A program made the translations under genes and the position numbers. Of a stretch of 64,000 nucleotides of DNA, positions 36,301 through 47,598 are shown one piece after another (the stretch's first letter is position 1; the number at the start of each line of letters is the position of its first letter). A model generated the notes under the pieces. The model was not told where the DNA came from. It worked only from the letters and a program-made list of their open reading frames with translations, and searched no databases. The stretch comes from Bilabrum cf. latius (Eukaryota). The stretch lies in the NCBI GenBank assembly GCA_965178125.1, contig OZ237768.1, forward strand, positions 558,001-622,000, in the 5' to 3' direction.

Positions 36301-37514
36301 GCGAGCTCGTCGGCGTCCGCGGCGCCGCGCATTTGGTGCGCGCGCTGCGCGCTGGTTCCGCTGGAGGATTGCGCGGCGCCTCCAACCGGGCCGGTACCGC
36401 TGCCGTTGCTGCCCCGGCGGTAAGCCGCCGATTGCGGCCTGCCTCCAGCGGAACCGTGCGCGGCGCCTGCACCCATCCCCACACCGGTTGCAACCGCGGC
36501 CTACTGGTTCCGCTGGCGACCGGCGGAGCCTGGCCGACCCCCTCTCGCGTAGTACGGCGCCGCGCCTGCGGAACCGGAGCCGTCCTGCGGAGCGCCGTAG
36601 GCCGTGCCCTGCAGCGCAGTGCCGTGCAACGCGGCCACGGGGCCGCGTCCCGCCGACTGATGCGCGGCGCCGGTTCCGCCGCCGTAGCGCCCCGCGGCCT
36701 GCGCCTGGGCCTGCACGTACCCGCGACTGCCGCCGCCTGCGGAACCGGTTCCGTAGCCGTACGCGGCACCGCCAGCCCCGCCCGTGCCGCCCGCCTGATG
36801 GCCCCCATAGACACCCCCCCTGCCCCTGCTGGCAGATCCGGGCCTGCCTCTGCTAGCACTGCCGGGTCTCGATCCCGCGCCCCAGCCCGCAGAAGCGCCC
36901 GTGCCGCCGTACTAGCCGTAGCCGTGGACCACGCCAGCACCACCGTGCGATGTACCTCCCGCCGAAGGCACCGCCCAGCCGTTCCCTGCACTGCCGCTCG
37001 ATGCAACCCCCCCAGCGCCGCGCCTTGTTCCCTGCGCCGAGGCAGACCGCCTGCTGGCTGACTGCGGCCGGCCTCCCACCGCTCCGCCGTAGGTTCCGCT
37101 ACCGCGGTGCGCGGCGCCCCGCTGGTACGCCGCACCGGCAGCTGATGGTGCCGTGCCCGGACGCCCGCCCCCGCCACTGTAGGCGTCGCCGTAGGACGGC
37201 TAGGTTCCGCTGCCGCGACGCGCGGTGCCGCCCCTGCTGCCCTGCTGCTCCCCGTAGCGCCAGCCCCCCCCAGCGGAACCTCTCTGCGCGCTGGCACTGC
37301 GCGGCGCCAGTCCGTACACCTGCGCCATCCTGCTCTGCAGCGACTGGTTGTCAACGCCCCCACCACCACCGCCTACGATGCCGCCGCCGCTGCTGCCGCG
37401 CCCCTGCCCTGCCCCCGCTCCGCCGTAGTAGGCGCCCTGGCCGTAGGCTCCCCTGGCCGCTCCTCCGGCGCCCTGCCCCTGCGATGATTCAATTGAATTA
37501 GTATTCTTAATCAT
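33318..37514 (-). CDS. CAMK-group (MARK/SNF1-like) Ser/Thr kinase with UBA-like segment and long low-complexity N-terminus
   Basis: Motifs LGQGSFAKV, VAIK, HRDIKLEN, DFGFS, CGTPSYMAPE and DVWSLGV. ORFs 37200..37514, 36501..36716, 35682..36482 and 33318..35345 are one frame joined by TAG (37200, 36912, 36501, 35682, 35394). Ends TGA. Confidence 0.88.
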
Positions 37515-38332
37515 GGATAATGGCGGCGATAGACGGCATGCTCACACGCAAGGTGCACTGGTGGGGATGAGGAGCGAAGTGGATGTTCCAGACGTGGTGT
37601 GGTCGGTAGATGCGTTTCAGCAAATAAGGCGGCTTATACGGCACACCACTGTAGTAAAGAAAATATCCGCGCTGCTTGCTTTCCCAGGAAGCGCTCTGAT
37701 GCAACCGACCCTGAGCAAGCCATTGAACGGACAGCACTCCGCTGCCCATGATCCACCAAGAAAAATTGAAATCCGACACTCACCCGTCTATTTCGCGAAG
37801 CTGATCGCGATCTAGCTGCGGAACCAGGCCGCCCACCGTACATCTGCGCAGAAGTGGCTGGGCCGCGATTGGGTCATTGCAAATTGCCGCTGTATGGCCG
37901 TCATCCCGCTCGTCGCAACGTTGAGTCTATGTCTGAACTTGCCGAACGTCCACTGGTGTATTAAAACAGATGATGATTGTACGCATACGGCTCATATATG
38001 TTTTAGCCCCATACACTGGCTGCATCAAACCGCGAATTGGCTCACTTTGGCGGAGCTGGGCCTGGAGCGGGTCCTTGTCCCCGTTCTCATTGTATGGTGA
38101 GGTGACACGTAGAAACAGCCACCAGCTTAAATAAAATAGGTCAGAATGGGTAGCTCGTGCGTTGAACGGGCTTGAATAACCCCAGAACCACCAGCTGCCA
38201 ACGACTCGACCGGAGGCGGTTTTAAGGCGGTTGTAACCAGCGATTAGCAGGGTAGTGCGTACTTCTGAATCAAAGCAGATTCGAATAGTAATTGTATTTG
38301 CTCAGCTACTCGGCTTAAGTCACATTGGTGAA

Positions 38333-41013
38333 ATGGAGCATGTCCTTGACCTTATCTCAGTTATTCGTGCTAGCTCCAAGGATTTGCTACAAGCAAAGCT
38401 TAGCAGTAGTGATGAGGTTAGCGATCTACGCCTAGTGTATTGCATTGTTTTGTTTATCTTACTATGCATGCCTAAGTTCATCCCTTGCCACTGTTTTCTT
38501 TGTGTAGGATGCAAAGAAGCACTACTGGACTGCGGCACGGTCTTTTGGGCAGTTAAAATCCGCGTACAGGAACTTGGCAATCAAGGCAAGGTCTGCCGAG
38601 GAGGCAGCATCAAAGGTTCGAGACCATGCGGACGCGTAGTTCTCTAGGATGCAGCAGCGAGTATAGGAAAAGGCCAACATCCTGATGGATCTGGAAAAGT
38701 GCCGGACTCTAGTGTGAGATGCTGGTCTTCGCACCACCATTGCATGCAAAAGCCGCGTATGCCTCGCATAGTTCGCAGCCAGGCTCGCATTATTATCCTG
38801 AGTCCACAAGAGTTTCAATCCATCGCAGTACGGCGGAGCTGGACCGACTGGACCTGATTGAGGAGACGGAAGACGACGAGGCAGAAAACGAGCACGCGAG
38901 CACTGCCGCCACGCCAACCAAGCGAGGTGGCAAGCGATCCAAACAATCAAAAATAGCTGCCATTTCACCACCCGACGATTCTGACGCAGCAGCCGCCACC
39001 CACAAACAGTTTCTGCGCCGATTGGCCCGAGAAAAAGAGGCGAGGCAGGCTCTGCAAGCAGAGCGCGACGCGCTAAAAGCAGAGAGGGAGCGTTGCCAGG
39101 CACAGCTGCTCCGTCGCCTGGAATTCGCCAGGGACTTTCCGAGAAAGGTCCGCGCGCTCAAGGACGCCATGCGATCTGTCGGAGTGCCCACGGCACTAGA
39201 GGCATCCACGGAGCTCGCAACGTCGGGCGGGGGTGTGACGAGCGATGCACGGCTGGAGGCGGACGCGGGGTTCGGAGCCGAAGCGATCGAGGCCATGCGA
39301 GTCCCCAGCGGGGCCTCGGCAGCAGGTTCCGCTAGCTCTGGCGCCGCGCATCTGCTCCCCGGCCCCCTGTACGCCGTGCTCGTGCAGCTGGCCGGGGCGA
39401 GAGTTGCGTCCAGGTCATGGGGGGTGCAAGTCGAAGTGGATGTGCTAAAAAGCGCGCCGGTGGTGCCCGGCCTGGAGATCATTGAGTTGGATAGCGGGAG
39501 TAGGGATGCACTGCACGGCGGTGCAGTGGGCCGGAAACGATCCAGGGATGAGTCCGGCGGCAGCGCGGGTGGTCTCAGCTCCAGGAAGCGAGCCAGAGCG
39601 GATGTTCCGCAATCAGGCGCCGCACAATCCGAGATGCGGGATGACGACGGGATCGACGACGACGTCTCCAGTGGGGGCGAGGAGGAGGGCGAGGAAACCG
39701 GAACTGGGGTAGGGCGGGATGCCGTTGCCGATGGGGCCGCAACGGAGCCGCTGTCCGTGCGGGAGATGCTGCAGTGCAGTGCACCCGGACTGAGGGTCAA
39801 GGTTGCGGCACTCCCATAGAAACGTAGACCGGGTTCCGGGTCAGCTGCATCGCAATCGTCACACCCCAGGGTGGAGATGGTGCTTCGATACCATCCCCTC
39901 TCGGGACGCATCACAGCCGAGGAAACCAACCTGCAGTGCGGTACACCTGGCCTGGGAGGGTCCTCGAGCGCCCCCGTGTTCCTCGATTCGGACCCGGAAT
40001 CGAATCAACCCTGGCTGGGCGGCCTCCTGGCGGGCGCGCTGCCCGACGGTGGCCAGGACGGGAGGGGGGGTGCAGCCGAGGGGTGGGGCCCCGGCGGCAG
40101 GTGGCGGGCCCCCTGGCCCCCCTCCTGCCCCGCGAGGCCGCACGCGTGGCTTCAATCCATCGGTGGACTGACAGCGCCCGGTGCAGGTTCCGCAATGCGC
40201 GGCGCCGTCACGCTCCGGTCTGTGCTGCTCGCATTGGCAGCCGGACTCAGGCTGAGGCAGGGCTTGGCTGTGCTCGCTGCCGAGCTGGGCGCTGCCTCGA
40301 AGAGCTCCCCCATCGATGTGACGAGTGTGTCTCCGACTGTGTCGGGTGATGGCAGCGGGGCAAGTGAAGGTGCACGCGGATGCGTGCTGGTTGAGTTCGG
40401 TCGGCCATCGGATCGGGAGGAGGAGGCGGTGCTGCGGAGCGTCGGGAGCGGCAGCGTGGTGGGTAAGTCCGGTCGCAGAGGTGGCAGTGGTGGTGCTGGA
40501 TAGGCGGACATCGATGGATCAGAGCAGCAGGAAGGCGACGAGGGCGAAGGGGGCGATTCGTTCTGCATCGAGGAGGAGGACGAGGGCATGGGCATGGGCA
40601 GCGCGAATGCTGATGATTATAGTGGTGATGGCGATGCTGCGACCAGCAAAGGAAGCACTAGCAGGACGGGAAATAGGAGACCGTCACAGACGAGTACATT
40701 TGCAGTGTACAGGGCTGTTCTGCGAAAGACAGGAGACAGTGAGACCGTGTTTGCGTATGTGGCCGTGCCGTCGAGCGGCCGGATGGGAGGGGCTTCGCAT
40801 GCACCGAGATGGATGTTCTCGAGCCAACCGCTCCTGGCGGGCAGTGATGACCCCGGTGCCTCGGTGAAGACGACAAGTGCATTGGCAGAGACTGCGCGGG
40901 CCCATCTCGCGGCGAACCGGGCTGCGTTGAAGGCATGGCGGAGGAGAGAGCCCATGGCTAGCGTTGCCGATGTGATTCGGTCCCAGCTGCAGGAAATAGC
41001 TAAGTTGTTTTAA
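38333..41013 (+). CDS. THOC5: THO complex subunit 5 (FMIP)-like protein (introns 38417-38507 and 38714-38828)
   Basis: FGQLKSAYRN...EKANILMDLEKC, HKQFLRRLAREKEARQAL and AHLLPGPLYAVLVQL match the THOC5 pattern as I recall it. TAG at 38637, 38664, 39817 and 40501. Ends TAA. Confidence 0.7.
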
Positions 41014-41136
41014 TTGCTTCGAGGAACCCGATTTTGGCTAATCTTGGACCGTAATCTGGTCGTGGTTAACGACTTGCTTTGCTTTGCTTTGCAGCAGGTA
41101 GTAATCCATCTTTTTGAACAAGAACGGATTGATAGA

Positions 41137-44100
41137 TTAGTAGTCCGGTACCCCGCTGCACACCTGCAAATGCTCGCCGGTCCCAGCAGGGTTCAACACC
41201 TTGATCACGCCGGGCAATGCCGGTGCTTCCACCGCGCCGTCCTGCTCGCTGCCGGTCCTTGCATCAGCCGCCTCGGCCATGTCACTGGCACTGGCCATCC
41301 AGAACGCAACGCTCACCTCCTCCAGTTTCCCAGCCGCAACCGTCACGCACATCCCTCTGGTGTCCGCTTCCGAATGGTCCACTGACACGTCCAGGAATCG
41401 AACCCCAGACACTCGCACGTAAGACATGGACTCTCCCAGCAGAGAGTACGCGTCTCCGCTCGGACTCACCAGCACTGGGCTTCCGGAGTAGATGTCAAAC
41501 GTGTGGTTGTAACCTGTGGGCGAACCCGTGTGCAGCTGCAGGTCGCCCGAGCCGAAGCCGAGGTCCCGCACAGAGGGGTCATTCCGTGCCTGCTCCGCGC
41601 TGGGCCCGAAGGCGGCCTGCAAGCACTCGCTGGCCTGCTGCTTGCTCTCGCAGGGCGCCTGCAGCTGCTGGAACAGGAACGGCACGACCGCCGATTTGCC
41701 GTCCGATGTGGATGGCGGCACGGGCCACATGGCCTCGAAGGGAACGGTGAATGCAGGCTCGATGTCGATCGCCATGACTTGGAGGTAGTGGGAGGCAACA
41801 GTGGAGACGTTGCTCTCTGCAAGTGCAGGTCCGACGTACGATTGCTTGATGAAGGGCAAAGAGGGATCCAGGGCGGACGAGTCCTTGCCACCCGGAGTGG
41901 GAATGATGGAGCTGGACTGCCAGATCTGCCCGTCGTTCGCGGGTCGCTGCGTGCTGCCGGGCCAGTACATTGAGTCGACCGGGGTCATCGGTCTTGATGG
42001 GTGCTTGAGGTTGTGCGACTCCCCAAACGTCGCGATGAATTGCACCCGCGTGACGTTGGTGTACCCCGGTGAGTCGCCAATCCCGACTGGGCCCATGCTG
42101 AGGGTCGAGATGGCCGCCTGCATGTCGACGTTGATCCGATCTTCGTGGTAGGGATTGAGAGGGCCCTGGTCGGGGCGCGTCCAGATGACGTCATAGAACG
42201 GGCGCACCTGCAATGGGTGTTACAAACGGGAGTGAGAGCGCAGTTCAATTGGAATTATGCAGCTATTGGCAGGCAGTCGTAGCCCCAGTCTACGTTAAAG
42301 CACAGGTTGCATGCAACTCACCTCAAGCGGTCCTAGCAGCAGCGCGGTGTATGCAATCCTCCACCTCTCGTGATTGCTGGGGAAATTATCCTCGGAGGCT
42401 CGCGCGCTCGTGATGGCGGGCATTCCAGCCGATGCGAGGATAGCGGAGGGCAGGCCCATGCACACCTGCGACGTAATCGCAAGGGAAGAGGGTCAAAGGT
42501 AAGGCACGTGATTAAAAAGATAACGGTGGACATAAAACGTGCGCGAGAAGAACTTGGCGAGGGCGACCATGGCAGTTGCTTCTCCCCCTGGCTGGAGGCA
42601 GTCGCAGACAGCGCACCGCTCCATGACAGACAGACGCAGATTGGGCCATTGCAGGCAGATCATCAGCTCACCTGTGACGAGAGTTCGTGCTGCATGGCAG
42701 CCCCGAACATGCCCCGCATCCACATCTCCGTGGCACCCACCGTCTCCAAATGGGAGGGGAACAGCAGGAAATTGAAGTCAGTGAAGTCGAGCTCGAAGCT
42801 CTGCAGCACCCCCTGAGCGATTTTCTCCTTGAAGATGAAGTCGTGAAACCTTCGGCTGTCCTACGGCGATATGGCGGCGATCTACCCCTTGCTGAACCCC
42901 GCGTCAAAATGCTGCGAGTCCTCAAACTTGAAGTCCTGTTCCTTGTAGGCAGGATAGTCGGTCGTGTTGGTGCACCAGTACCCAAAGTACAGCAGCAGAT
43001 CAACGTCTTGCCCTTCGCTGATGGTCTTCTTGAGCCCTTCCAACCCCGTGGGGAACAGCCCGTCTCTCGTGCTCCATGACTACGCGCACCCGCCGTTGTT
43101 TTCGTCCCCGGTGGGATACCACCAGGGGTCCAGCTGCAGGGTAGCAGGCACGACGCCCTACTAGGTGAGGTTGCCGAAGATCTGATCGAAGATCTCCGTG
43201 TGGGGCAGGGGCTTGGTTCCGCCGTACTGCGTGGCGCCGTTGTCGGTCCAGTAAGAGAGTCGGGTGCTGAGCTTGTCTTTGCTGGGCTCTAGCCTGGTGA
43301 GGTTGTTGTACTTTCGGCTGACCATGCCCCACTTGTGTGCGGTGGCGATGGGCCCCGCCCCTGTCAAACCGGCCAGCATCACGGAATACCCGAATCCCGC
43401 CGGCACGCTGGTCACATACCCTTGCACGCCCCACGCGACCGCCTCATCGCGCCAGTCCTGCTGGCACACGTACCCAGAGGTGTGTACGCTGTGGGTCTGG
43501 CCCTGCGGCGGAGAATCGGTGGGGGGAACACTGGAAGCGGGCAAGAGGAGGGTGAGGTGTGCGATGACCGAGCAGGTGGGCATTGCATCGCAGCCAGAAG
43601 CGATTCTGATGATTCGTTTCCTTCGATCTTTTCTCTCTCTCACGGCGGTGCTGGTCTTGAGCCAACACGTGTACTCGTAGGAGGGATCCGTGTGGTCTGC
43701 CCAAGAGAAGCACGTGCACTCGTCATTCGCGAGGCACAGGGAACAGCAAGCCTGCACGTCGGTCACATTCTTGAAGGAGGTCAGGTCGTTGCCTTCGTAG
43801 TCAGTATTAGCGACAAGGGTGCAGTTGCCGGCTGATGACCCGCACGAGGATGAGGAGGAAGACGAGGACGAGGAGGCGATCGACGAAACTGGCTTCCTCC
43901 GGCAGCTGTTGCGCACCTGAGTGGACACGGCCAAAGGGTGATCCACTGGTGCAATCATCAACGAATCTGCCCTCCATTTGTCAGCCTCGGTCAGGAGGAT
44001 GGGCCCGCCTGTGGAGCCGCCTTCGAAGCCGTCAAGTCCGATGCCCTCGCTGGCACGATCGTGAATGAACCGACCTCGCCATGTGTAGTACGCCAAATCG

Positions 44101-44651
44101 CGGCCAAACCGACCGGCGCGAGTGTCGTTCGCGCTCGAAAAGGATGGAAACTCCGTGGATGTTGTCTGCGCCGCGTGAAATTCTTCCGAGCCGACCGAAG
44201 CGGCAGTGCCGGAACGCATCAGATCCTCAGGGACCGACGAAGTGTTTGCCCTCTCGCAGCCGTCGACGTACGTGGTGTAGAACGCGAATGCATCGTCTTC
44301 TTGGTAATATACAAACGATAGCCTGAACCGGAGCTGGCTGCTGCCAGTCGATTGGAACTGGAAGTCGATGGCATCAAACGAGCCGAGGTTCGGATCCTTG
44401 CCCTGCCGCTCAGTCGGAGCAGACGGCAGCTTCAGCGTACCCAAGCTTGGCTACATCCACTATCCTTCGCAATGAAAGGCAGGTTCCTGGCCGTTGAGCC
44501 AAAGCTCGCTACCAGAGCTACTGACATTGAACCAACCTGTTCGCTGCACTTGCCCCGACGTGGATACTTTTAATTTGAAGCCAGCGCCCCTGATCCAATC
44601 TGCAGTAGACATCCCAACCAAGGATACTAGTAGTACTGTTAGAGAGATCAT
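41137..44651 (-). CDS. Secreted glycoside-hydrolase-like protein (clan GH-D-like, uncharacterised family) with inserted PAN/apple domain
   Basis: Signal peptide MISLTVLLVSLVGMSTA. PAN domain CTLVANTDYEGNDL...CCSLC...C..FSW...CWLK. Motifs LSYWTDNGA, LQLDPWWY, LFPTGL, SFELDF, Q|VCM, ARASED and LSMGPVGIGD. Introns about 43503-43643, 42465-42671 and 42209-42321. At least 7 TAG. Ends TAA. Confidence 0.7.
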
Positions 44652-44776
44652 CGCAAACGCACTTGTGGTGAGGACCGTGAAGGTAGTAGACTATTCCGGA
44701 TCTTGCCAACTTGAAACATCACGTAACCATACCCCGTATTTAAATAAACGTCATTTTCGCCGGAGCCACAAGTGCA
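44652..44776. promoter_or_regulatory. Candidate bidirectional promoter
   Basis: 125 bp between the divergent ATGs at 44651 and 44777, with an AT-rich TATTTAAATA core at about 44737-44746. Confidence 0.4.
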
Positions 44777-47419
44777 ATGGGCCCTCAACATTTATCATAT
44801 TTTCTCATGATTGCATTCGTTGTGATATCGCGCGGCAGCCGAGTCTTTCAACGTGATGTCAGTGTCCCAGGCCGCACCGATCCGCTTAACATCGTTGTGA
44901 TCGTTGTAGACGAGTAAGGAAGATTGCACAATGTCATTGATTCAGTTTACGTTTGAAAATAGATTTGATAGATTTCGTAGGCGTTGCTACCGAGCACACG
45001 GTCTACCGACCACCAGTTGCAGTTAGCTTCCATTCGCTTCGCCTTGACGCAGCCTCGGGTACAACGACGTTGGATACCAGGGATCAATGGTCCCTACGCC
45101 TAATATAGACGCCATTTCAGCAGAGGGTATCCGATTCTCTCGGTTTCACGTGCAGCACGTGTGCAGTCCGACCAGGACGTCGCTCCACATGTCGCGGTAT
45201 CCGTGGCGCGACGGTCTCGGAGGTTCTGTTATCGTGAATGGCGTGCCATCCGATCTTCCGATCAACTACACCATTTTGCCGCAAGTACTTCGGCGCGGAT
45301 CCATTCGTGAGGCCTTTCTTGCAAGTGCAGCTCGAGCAACGGCAACATGACGCGCAGGGCTTTTGGTTCTGGGTCAATGCATTCCTCTCGCATCATGATC
45401 TCCCCGTGCATGCATGAGTTGACGCCATGTCGCAGAAAGCACGATGGCTCTCGGCAAATGGGACGCCGGCATGACCTACAACGCCAGCACTCCGATCCGG
45501 AGGGGGTACGACACGTTTCGTGGGTACTACGACGCAGATGAGGTGAGCTACATGGATACATAGATAAAGTTCGAGTAATCTTTATTGCTTGAGCATGGGT
45601 TTGGCTGGGTCTGCAGTAGTCGTGACGTCGCGGATTCTCCTTCCTTGGCGTGCGTCGGGCTGCACCAGTAACCGGTACAACGCCAACGTACAACTTGCCC
45701 CCGTTGACTTGAGCATCATGATCTATTTAATGACGCAGGACTACTTTACGAAGAAGTGCGGGGGCGCATACGTGAACAAGACCGACCACAAGCGCGTGCT
45801 GTGCGGCGGCATCGACTTCCACAACGACACTGTGGCAGAGGGGTTCCACCCCTACGTCGACGGGCAGTACTCAACGGACATATACAGCCAGTACTCCCAC
45901 CTGCGAGTGCACGACTACAACGTGGGCGAAGACCGACGAACGTTCTTCCAGTACCTGGCCTACCAGGCGGTCCACGGCCCCCTCGAGGCCCCCGACAAGT
46001 GGGTCGAGCCAGTCTGCAACCAGAGCATCAAGCCGGACACGCCGGGCCCCGCCAACACCTCCGTGCTAAACCGTCGGGTGCTCTGCGGGATGCTTCGGGA
46101 CGCAGACACAGGGATCGGCACACTCATCACAGAGCTGAAGCGGTCCAACTCCAGCAGCGTGGTGTTCTTCATGGGCGATAACGGGGGCCAGACCCACACG
46201 GGGGGGAGCAGCTTCCCGTTGAGGTAAGGTGCACTTATGTATTATTGGTTCCCGCCCAGCCTTAGACAGCACGACTCTAGTTTAGTAGCTACATCCTGTG
46301 CATCACTCGTCACACCGCAGGGGCAACAAGGCCACGATGCTCCAGGGCGGATTCATGGTGCCGGCCTGGCTCTGGTGGAACGGGCAGGACGTGCTGCCCG
46401 ACTCGCTTCGAGGAACAACGAATGAGAACATGTACCACGTCACTGACCTGCTGCCCACCCTGGCCAAACTGGCAGACGCGCCGCTCGTGGAGGGGCTGAG
46501 GCCGGAGGAGACCGCCGACGGTGCCTTCGCCGATCGAGCCGTCCTCGAGTCCATTGCAAGCGGCAACCTCTGGAAGAATGAAGGTGAAGGGTAGATGTCG
46601 GTCCAGGGAACAGCGTACGGTGCTGTACTACCGGGATACGGCAAGTACGGATCTATCTCCCGGGATCGAGCCCGAGCGCTGCTAGCCAGGGAACAAGAGG
46701 GCATGCTGGTCCCCGGTCTCAACATGCAGGCCATCGACGGGCACGACATCTGGCCCTCCATCGTGGACCCCGCCAACCGCGATGCCAATCCACGCACGGA
46801 GATGGTGCTGCAGGCCTACCCGTCCACAACTTCGGCTGAGATCATCGGGGCGGGTCACGAGCCCAGCAGCCGAGCCCGGCTCATGACCCGCGAGGACAGG
46901 GAGTACCTGGACGCGATCGAGGCTGGCCTGCAGGGCGGGTCAATCCTCGAGTCCAACAGCAGCATGAGACAGTTCGGGTACCGAGGGGGAGTGGCAAGCA
47001 GCAACGGTGCGCACTCGGACAATCCACCGGTGGGCTTCGAAATGCCGACCCAGTGGGCCTACATCGACGTCAAAACTGGGCTCAAGCTCATCGTGGGAAA
47101 TCCCGGCATCGGCAAGAATTCAGGGGTGCCCCCGGAGCCGCTGCCGCCCATCAACAAGACCCCAACCGGATGGGTGACGCAGCTGGGAGGGTACGAGCAG
47201 CCCCCCGCCAATCCTGACCGCGTCTGGCTGTTCAACGTGTCTGCCGATATAGAGGAGCGGCATGATCTGCATCTGTCTATGCCTGACGCCGTCAGCGAGC
47301 TCGTGGCCCGCATGCAGGCGCAGCCCAAGGTGGACCAGAGGACAGCGTCCTTCGATCCGGAGGCGTGTCCCTCTCGCCGGGGCAGCGAGTTCTGGATGCC
47401 ATGGAGGCCGGATCCGTGA
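44777..47419 (+). CDS. Arylsulfatase B/I/J-like sulfatase (introns 44914-45052, 45307-45435, 45543-45738, 46224-46320)
   Basis: Signal-like N-terminus. Motifs NIVVIVVD|DLGYNDVG, TPNIDAI, CSPTR, GKW, RRGYDTFRGY, YLAYQAVHGPLEAP, GDNGG, PLR|GNK, HVTDLLPTL, DGHDIW and WLFNVSADIEER. One TAG at 46592. Ends TGA. Confidence 0.9.
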
Positions 47420-47598
47420 ACGGATTATCATTGCATGCTTTCATTTAAATTATTTTCTGGTCCTGGAGGGAGGGGTCGCTCCAAGTAGGCCAGGATTCGC
47501 TGGAACTGTCGTTGCGACCAAGTCTTCTACACCATGACGGTCGCAACAGAAATTCTGCGCTACGACAATGCACAGCTTTTCATATTCGCCAGGGAGCA

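Noticed and set aside
5126-40595. Long antisense or alternate-frame ORFs (e.g. 6446..7615, 27342..28595, 35981..37369, 38793..39929)
   Set aside because: These are shadows of GC-rich coding sequence on the other strand or frame, with no recognisable motifs.
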